Below, piece by piece: positions 58,641-64,000 of a DNA stretch of 64,000 nt. The notes below the pieces were generated by a model. The model was not told the DNA's origin. It saw only the letters and a program-made list of their open reading frames with translations, and searched no databases. The translations under genes were made by a program, and so were the position numbers. Source of the stretch: Candidatus Nitrospinota bacterium M3_3B_026 (lineage in GTDB: Bacteria; Nitrospinota_A; UBA7883; JBPRGF01); the NCBI GenBank assembly GCA_051418015.1, contig JBPRGF010000014.1:1-64000 (forward strand), read 5' to 3'. Position 1 is the first letter of the stretch. Every line of letters starts with the position of its first letter.

Positions 58641-60101
58641 ATGACGGACATCTTCCGCCTCACCCTGCGCGAGCTTGGGGAGAGGCTCGCCGCCGGAGCC
58701 GTCACGAGCGAAGAGGCCGCGGGGGCGTATCTTGACAGGATCAGGCGCGTCGACCCGGAGCTGAACTCCTACATCACCGTTGACGAGGATAGCGCCATGG
58801 AGGCCGCCCGGGAGGCCGACAAACGCCGGGCCGGAGGCGAAGAAGGGCCGCTGCTCGGCGTACCCATGGCGGTCAAGGACCTCATAAACACGAAGGGCCT
58901 GCGGACAACCTGCGGCTCGAAGATGCTGGAGAGCTTTGTCCCCCCCTTCGACGCCCATGTCGTAAAAAAGCTGAAAGAAGCAGGGGCGGTGATCCTCGGC
59001 AAGACGAACATGGACGAGTTCGCCATGGGGTCGTCGAACGAGACCAGCTTTTTCGGGCCGGTGAAAAACCCCTGGGACATCTCCAGGATCCCGGGCGGCT
59101 CCTCCGGCGGGTCCGCGGCGGCGGTGGCGGCGGATCTTTGCGCGGCGGCGCTGGGGTCGGACACGGGCGGATCCGTGCGCCAGCCGGCGTCGCTTTGCGG
59201 GATCGTGGGGCTGAAGCCGACCTACGGGCGTGTCTCCCGGTTCGGTCTCGTCGCCTTCGCGTCGTCGCTGGACCAGATCGGGCCGATGACGAAGGATGTC
59301 GCCGACTGCGCCCTCATGCTCGGCGCCATCGCCGGAGACGATCCGCTGGACTCCACCTGCTCCCCTGAGCCGGTTCCGGACTACACCGCCGATCTTGACA
59401 AAGGCGTGGAGGGGATGACTATCGGCGTTCCGGAAGAGTATTTCGTCGAGGGGATGGACGAGGATGTGGAGAAGACCGTCCGGGCCGCCCTGGAGGCCCT
59501 GAAAGAGGCCGGGGCGGCTGTGAAGCCTATATCACTCCCCCACACGAAGTACGGCGTTCCGGCCTATTACGTCATCGCTCCCGCCGAAGCGTCATCGAAC
59601 CTGGCCCGGTACGACGGAGTGAAATACGGATTCCGCGCCCAGGGGGCGAAGAGCCTGATGGAGATGTACAGCCGCACTCGCGAGGAAGGGTTCGGCGCGG
59701 AGGTGAAACGCCGGATCATGTTGGGGACCTACGCGCTCTCTTCGGGCTATTACGACGCGTACTACCTGAAGGCCCAGAAGGTCCGCGCGCTCGTCAGGAA
59801 GGACTTCGCCGAGGCTTTCGGCGATGTCTCGGCCATAGTGGCCCCCACGTCCCCCTCGGCGGCCTTCGGGATAGGCGAGAGGACCGGCGACCCGCTGAAG
59901 ATGTACCTTTCGGATATATTCACCATCAACGCCAACCTCGCCGGGATACCGGGCCTTTCCGTTCCCTGCGGCCATACGCCGGAAGGGCTGCCCGTGGGCT
60001 TGCAGATACTCGGCAAATGGTTCGACGAGGCGTCCCTGTTCCGCGTCGCCAGCGTTGTGGAAGAAAAGACCGGCGCGGGGGCAAAGAAACCGGCGCTTTA
60101 A
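58641..60101 (+). CDS. gatA: Asp/Glu-tRNA amidotransferase subunit A
   Basis: [42 protein letters not shown]. Confidence 0.98.
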   Translation: MTDIFRLTLRELGERLAAGAVTSEEAAGAYLDRIRRVDPELNSYITVDEDSAMEAAREADKRRAGGEEGPLLGVPMAVKDLINTKGLRTTCGSKMLESFVPPFDAHVVKKLKEAGAVILGKTNMDEFAMGSSNETSFFGPVKNPWDISRIPGGSSGGSAAAVAADLCAAALGSDTGGSVRQPASLCGIVGLKPTYGRVSRFGLVAFASSLDQIGPMTKDVADCALMLGAIAGDDPLDSTCSPEPVPDYTADLDKGVEGMTIGVPEEYFVEGMDEDVEKTVRAALEALKEAGAAVKPISLPHTKYGVPAYYVIAPAEASSNLARYDGVKYGFRAQGAKSLMEMYSRTREEGFGAEVKRRIMLGTYALSSGYYDAYYLKAQKVRALVRKDFAEAFGDVSAIVAPTSPSAAFGIGERTGDPLKMYLSDIFTINANLAGIPGLSVPCGHTPEGLPVGLQILGKWFDEASLFRVASVVEEKTGAGAKKPAL

Positions 60102-61160
60102 TTAAGGCTCCCGCCCTTCCCCGGCCAGGTATATCGTCTGCGTGGGGTAGGCGAACTCGACGCCGAGTTTTTCGAACTCGTCCTTGATGGCGAGGTTTAT
60201 GTTCTGCTGGATGTCCATGTACTTGTTGTAGTCCGCGCCGATCACGTAGTAGACGATCTCGAACACGAGGGCGAAGTCGCCGTAAGAGAAAAAGTGCGCC
60301 CTGTCGAAGACGGTGTCCTCGAGCCCTTCGATGATCTGTCTTATGACCCCCGGTATCCTGGCAAGCTTCTCCGAGGGTGTCTGGTACGTGACGCCGATCC
60401 TGAAGGCGACCCTTCTTCGCTCCATCTTTTTATAGTTATGCACGCGGGAGTTGGCCAGGTCCGTGTTGGCGAAAATGATCTCCTCGCCGGAGAGGCTCTT
60501 TATCCTGGTGGCCTTGAGGCCGATGTACTCCACCACGCCCATCTTGTCGCCGATGATGACAAAATCGCCCTTGCGGAAAGGTTTGTCGAAGAGGATCACG
60601 AAATAGTTGAAAAGGTCGCCCAGGATCGCCTGCGACGCAAGCGCCAGGGCCACTCCGCCGATTCCCAGCCCGGCTATCAGCGTGGTGATGTCGAACCCGA
60701 GATTGTCCAGCAGGAAGATAACGGCGACCGCCCATATGGAGAGCTTCAGGAGCGTCGAGACGCCCTTGGGGATGACCTTGACCGTCCGGGCTCCTTCCTC
60801 GCTGAGCCCCTCGCCCTCGAAGACGTTGTCGACAAGCGCCACTGCCACCCTGGCGGCGAAGAAGCAGAGGATCACAAGGCCCGCCACGTCGATGAGCCTT
60901 TCCACCCTGGGGTTGAGGTACATGGAGCCCGCCGCCGCGTAAAAAACGGCGAAGTAGAGAACAGGCATGGCGCCTTTCTCCACGGCGCTTATCATGAAAC
61001 CGCGCAGGCGGGATTCCGCGCTCTCCAGGTAGGTTTTCACTTTGCTGTCGAACACGCCCTGGAGGGCCCTGATGGCCGCCGCGCCCGCGCCGAGAATCAC
61101 GAGGGCCAGCAGGTAGTCTTCCCAGCCGTTGTTTGTCAGCGTGTCGATGATGGCGTCCAT
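60102..61160 (-). CDS. Small-conductance mechanosensitive channel (MscS family)
   Basis: AGLGIGGVALALASQ, DKPFRKGD, FAYPTQT. Confidence 0.93.
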   Translation of the reverse strand: MDAIIDTLTNNGWEDYLLALVILGAGAAAIRALQGVFDSKVKTYLESAESRLRGFMISAVEKGAMPVLYFAVFYAAAGSMYLNPRVERLIDVAGLVILCFFAARVAVALVDNVFEGEGLSEEGARTVKVIPKGVSTLLKLSIWAVAVIFLLDNLGFDITTLIAGLGIGGVALALASQAILGDLFNYFVILFDKPFRKGDFVIIGDKMGVVEYIGLKATRIKSLSGEEIIFANTDLANSRVHNYKKMERRRVAFRIGVTYQTPSEKLARIPGVIRQIIEGLEDTVFDRAHFFSYGDFALVFEIVYYVIGADYNKYMDIQQNINLAIKDEFEKLGVEFAYPTQTIYLAGEGREP

Positions 61161-61256
61161 GTCCCGCCCTCCTATCCGGCAGTATCCAAGACTGGCCTAT
61201 TCTAAGTCCCGCCGCGGCGTCTGTTCAAGAACGTCCAGCGCTCCGGGGTGTTTTTC

Positions 61257-62282
61257 TCAGCTTATGACCACCTTTTTCAGCGTGTCCCACTCCTCCAGGG
61301 TCCTGCCCACGCCGCGGACGATGGAGGTGAGGGGGTCTTTCGCCCTGTAGACGGGAATGTTCAACTCCTTTTTCAACCTTGCGCCGAGGCCCTTGAGCAG
61401 CGCCCCGCCGCCCGCCAGGACCATCCCGCGGGTGGATATGTCATGGGCGAACTCCGGCGTCGTCCGCTCAAGCGCCTTGCGCGCCGCGTCCACGATGGCG
61501 TGGACGGGCTCCTCCATCGCCCTCCGGACGTCCTCGTCGGACAGGACGACGGACACTGGCAGTCCGCTGGCCACGTTGCGCCCGTAGACTTTCATCCGGA
61601 TTCTTTTTTTCAGCGGGGCCGCGGAGCCGATGGTCATTTTCACCCTCTCCGCCTCGTAGACGCCTATCTCCAGGTTGTGGCTCTTCCGGACGCTCCTGAC
61701 CAGCGCCTCGTCCATCTCGTCGCCCGCCACGCGGATCGACTCCGTGTAGGCCGTGGCGTACATGGAGATTATGGCCACCTCCGTCGTCCCGCCGCCGATG
61801 TCCACTATGAGGTTGCCCACGGACTCCCCCACCGGCATCCTCGTACCGATGGCCGCCGCCATAGGCTCCTCGACGAGGCTTACCTCCCTCGCCCCGGCGC
61901 CCATGGCGGAGTCTATCACCGCGCGTTTTTCCACCTGGGTGATCCCGGAGGGGACGCCTATCACGATCTTCGGCCTGCGGGGCGTCCAGCGGGGCCTGGC
62001 GGATTTTATGAAGTAGGCGATCATGCTTTTCGTGGAGTCGAAATCGGCTATCACGCCGTCCTTCATGGGGCGGATCGCCTCGAACCTGTCCGGGGTCTTG
62101 CCGTACATGGCCTTTGCCTCCGCCCCGATGGCCACGAGTTTTCCGGTTTCCTTGGAGAGCGTCACCACCGAGGGTTCGTCGATGACCACGCCGCGTCCCG
62201 GGACGTAGACCAGGGTGTTGGCGGTCCCCAGGTCGATGGCGAGGTCCGCCGAAAAAAGGTTGAACAAGCCTCGGAGCGCCAT
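61257..62282 (-). CDS. mreB: Actin-like MreB paralogue
   Basis: IDLGTANT, RPMKDGVIADF, EEPMAAAIG, DIGGGTTE, GGGALL; no mreC follows. Confidence 0.93.
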   Translation of the reverse strand: MALRGLFNLFSADLAIDLGTANTLVYVPGRGVVIDEPSVVTLSKETGKLVAIGAEAKAMYGKTPDRFEAIRPMKDGVIADFDSTKSMIAYFIKSARPRWTPRRPKIVIGVPSGITQVEKRAVIDSAMGAGAREVSLVEEPMAAAIGTRMPVGESVGNLIVDIGGGTTEVAIISMYATAYTESIRVAGDEMDEALVRSVRKSHNLEIGVYEAERVKMTIGSAAPLKKRIRMKVYGRNVASGLPVSVVLSDEDVRRAMEEPVHAIVDAARKALERTTPEFAHDISTRGMVLAGGGALLKGLGARLKKELNIPVYRAKDPLTSIVRGVGRTLEEWDTLKKVVIS

Positions 62283-62288
62283 CCCGTG

Positions 62289-63752
62289 TTACCGGTCTCC
62301 CGGCGCGCCCAGGGCGCCGCCCCAGGACGCCTCCTGCTCGCTGTAGAACGACACCCTGGAGCCGGAGGCGCTCTTGGCCTTTTCGGAGGCGACCTGGGCT
62401 TTCGCTATGAGTTCCTCCACCCTGTTCCCGTCGGCCGGATACAGGGCCACTCCTATTGAGGGTGAGGCGTAGATATCTACCCCGTCCAGGTGGTACGGAA
62501 GCGACTCCACGGAGTCCACCACCGCCTGGGCCATCGCCATCGCCTGCCCGCCTTCGAGGCCGCGCAGCAGGAGGATGAACCTGTCGCCGTAGTAGCGGCA
62601 TACGATCCCCCTCTCCGCCACCACCTCGGAGAGCCTGCGGGCGGTTTCTATCGTCACGCGGTCGCCCGCGTCCATGCCCAGCTCGTGGTTGATCCGCGTG
62701 AAGCCTATCAGGTTGACGATCGCCACGGCGCCCTTCCCTTCGAGCGTCTGGTGGGTCTCCACCAGGTAGCGGCTCGTGGCGGCGCTGGTCAGCGGGTCGG
62801 TGAAAACGGCCCGCATGTTCCTGTTGTGCAGGTACAGGCTCGTGAACGCGGAGGCGAGCGTCGAGGCCAGGACGGAGAGTGACTTCACGCTCACGTGGCT
62901 GAAGGCGGCCTGTTTTCTCGACACAAGCCCGATGGCGCCGGAGACGTGGTCACCCATGGCCATCGGCGCCCCGATGAAGGACCTCCATTGCTCGTCCGCG
63001 CCGGGCGCGACCTTCGCCCCCTTGAGGTCCGGCACATATATGGTCCTGGCCTGCTGGATCACCCAGCCCAGCCTGTAAGGGGCGCCCGGCAGCTCGGTCC
63101 CGGGCGTTTGCCCGGCGCCGCTTCTCACCATGTAATATTTTCCGTCGTCGCTCATTCTCACGGCCATGACCATCTTGTCATGCGGAATGAGGGAAGGCAG
63201 GGCCAGCCTGAGCGCGTCCGTTATCTCGGAGAACCGCGAGCAGGCGGTTATCCTGCCCACCAGCCCGGACAGGGCGTCGAAAGCCGAGGCCCGGGCATCC
63301 AGGGATATCCTTTTCCTTCCCTCTGTCACGGCCCGGGAAATGACGCCCGCGAATTCCTCCAGTATCTTCAGCGCCTTGTCGGTGAAGACGTAGCTTTTCT
63401 TGCTGTCCACCGCCAAAACCCCCATGACCCTGCCCCCGCCGTCGAAAAGGGGGGCCGCCGCGAAAGACTTTATGTCCTCGTCCTTCGAATAATACTGGAG
63501 CGTGGTGGTGTCCCTGTCGAAGTTCGTGGCGTGGGCGCTCCGTTCGTTCTTGGCCGCCCATCCCACAAGCCCGCGCCCCAGGGGGATCCTGGCTCCGGTT
63601 ACGATGTTGCCGGAAAGCGACTGGCAGGCCCGCAGCGTCAACGTGTCCTCGGACCCTTCGTCCAGCAGGAACAGGGCGGCGGTGAAGGCGTCGGTGACAT
63701 TGCCGGCCAGCCGCACGAGTCTTTGGATATCGTTTTCAAGCGACTGGGGCAT
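62289..63752 (-). CDS. GAF-GAF-GGDEF protein with a degenerate active site
   Basis: Two GAF domains; DPLT...RYYGDRF...SIGVA...GGDEF fold. Confidence 0.85.
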   Translation of the reverse strand: MPQSLENDIQRLVRLAGNVTDAFTAALFLLDEGSEDTLTLRACQSLSGNIVTGARIPLGRGLVGWAAKNERSAHATNFDRDTTTLQYYSKDEDIKSFAAAPLFDGGGRVMGVLAVDSKKSYVFTDKALKILEEFAGVISRAVTEGRKRISLDARASAFDALSGLVGRITACSRFSEITDALRLALPSLIPHDKMVMAVRMSDDGKYYMVRSGAGQTPGTELPGAPYRLGWVIQQARTIYVPDLKGAKVAPGADEQWRSFIGAPMAMGDHVSGAIGLVSRKQAAFSHVSVKSLSVLASTLASAFTSLYLHNRNMRAVFTDPLTSAATSRYLVETHQTLEGKGAVAIVNLIGFTRINHELGMDAGDRVTIETARRLSEVVAERGIVCRYYGDRFILLLRGLEGGQAMAMAQAVVDSVESLPYHLDGVDIYASPSIGVALYPADGNRVEELIAKAQVASEKAKSASGSRVSFYSEQEASWGGALGAPGDR

Positions 63753-63903
63753 ATGATAGCGCAGGCAACTTTTTCCTGATGGTTGTTTCGCTCAAACTCA
63801 CAATTGAGGGTTAGTATAAACCCACTCCCTCCCGGAAAAAAGGGAAAGCTTGAATCCCGCGCGGCCCCCTCGGCCCCCGCGCGGCCCCCAGGGCCGTCTC
63901 CGG

Positions 63904-63932
63904 TTGACCATCGGCGCGCGTGGGAATAGAAT
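63904..63932 (+). promoter_or_regulatory. Sigma70 promoter
   Basis: TTGACC-N17-TAGAAT. Confidence 0.6.
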
Positions 63933-63969
63933 TATGGCATACCACGCCAGGCCTCTGGAGGATCGCGAT

Positions 63970-64000
63970 ATGCATGTGGGACAGGTGATGAGCCGGAAGG
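63970..64000 (+). CDS. Start of a CDS, possibly a CBS-domain protein (partial)
   Basis: GGAGG RBS; MHVGQVMSRK resembles CBS-domain N-termini, but only 10 codons are visible. Confidence 0.4.
   Translation, partial: MHVGQVMSRK

Noticed and set aside
61257..62282. MamK or a magnetosome island
   Set aside because: The sequence carries MreB signatures and there are no mam genes in the window.
63857..63889. Short direct repeat CCGCGCGGCCCCC, two copies
   Set aside because: Low-complexity GC sequence with only two copies; not a CRISPR array. No CRISPR array was seen anywhere in the window.

Overview
A GC-rich, diderm bacterial chromosome segment; gene content and order suggest a Nitrospinota/Desulfobacterota-like lineage (inference only). 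Most of it is housekeeping: TRAP dctQM, lapB-dksA-rsfS-nadD-proA/proB, trpGD, tRNA-Gln(CTG), LPS/heptose genes (gmhA, hldE, gmhB, GT9, ugd, UXS, manC), scpAB-rluB, a sigma54/NtrC-type porin-glnK-amtB-glnA operon, ligA, purB-C-S-Q, a two-gene fused 2-oxoacid:ferredoxin oxidoreductase, ffs-dnaX-recR, gatCA, mscS and a stand-alone mreB paralogue. I found no CRISPR array, integrase, transposase or prophage. The most interesting signals are small or non-coding. (1) Two unannotated transcription units with C-rich, anti-Shine-Dalgarno-like hairpin loops flank the nitrogen operon: a Fur-box/sigma54-like promoter driving a 44-aa membrane peptide plus a C-rich 3' RNA (29.07-29.43 kb), and a ~250-nt highly structured RNA behind a consensus sigma54 promoter (34.26-34.54 kb). 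(2) A three-component sensor (binding protein, kinase, sigma54 activator) whose PstS-fold binding protein has Cys at the usual phosphate-contact motifs. (3) A 26-aa basic ORF resembling ribosomal protein bL37 heading gatCA. (4) A catalytically degenerate GAF-GAF-GGDEF gene coupled to mreB. (5) A small lipoprotein islet (18.5-21.1 kb) with compositional breaks and a palindromic repeat element. All calls come from reading motifs by eye; no database searches were run.
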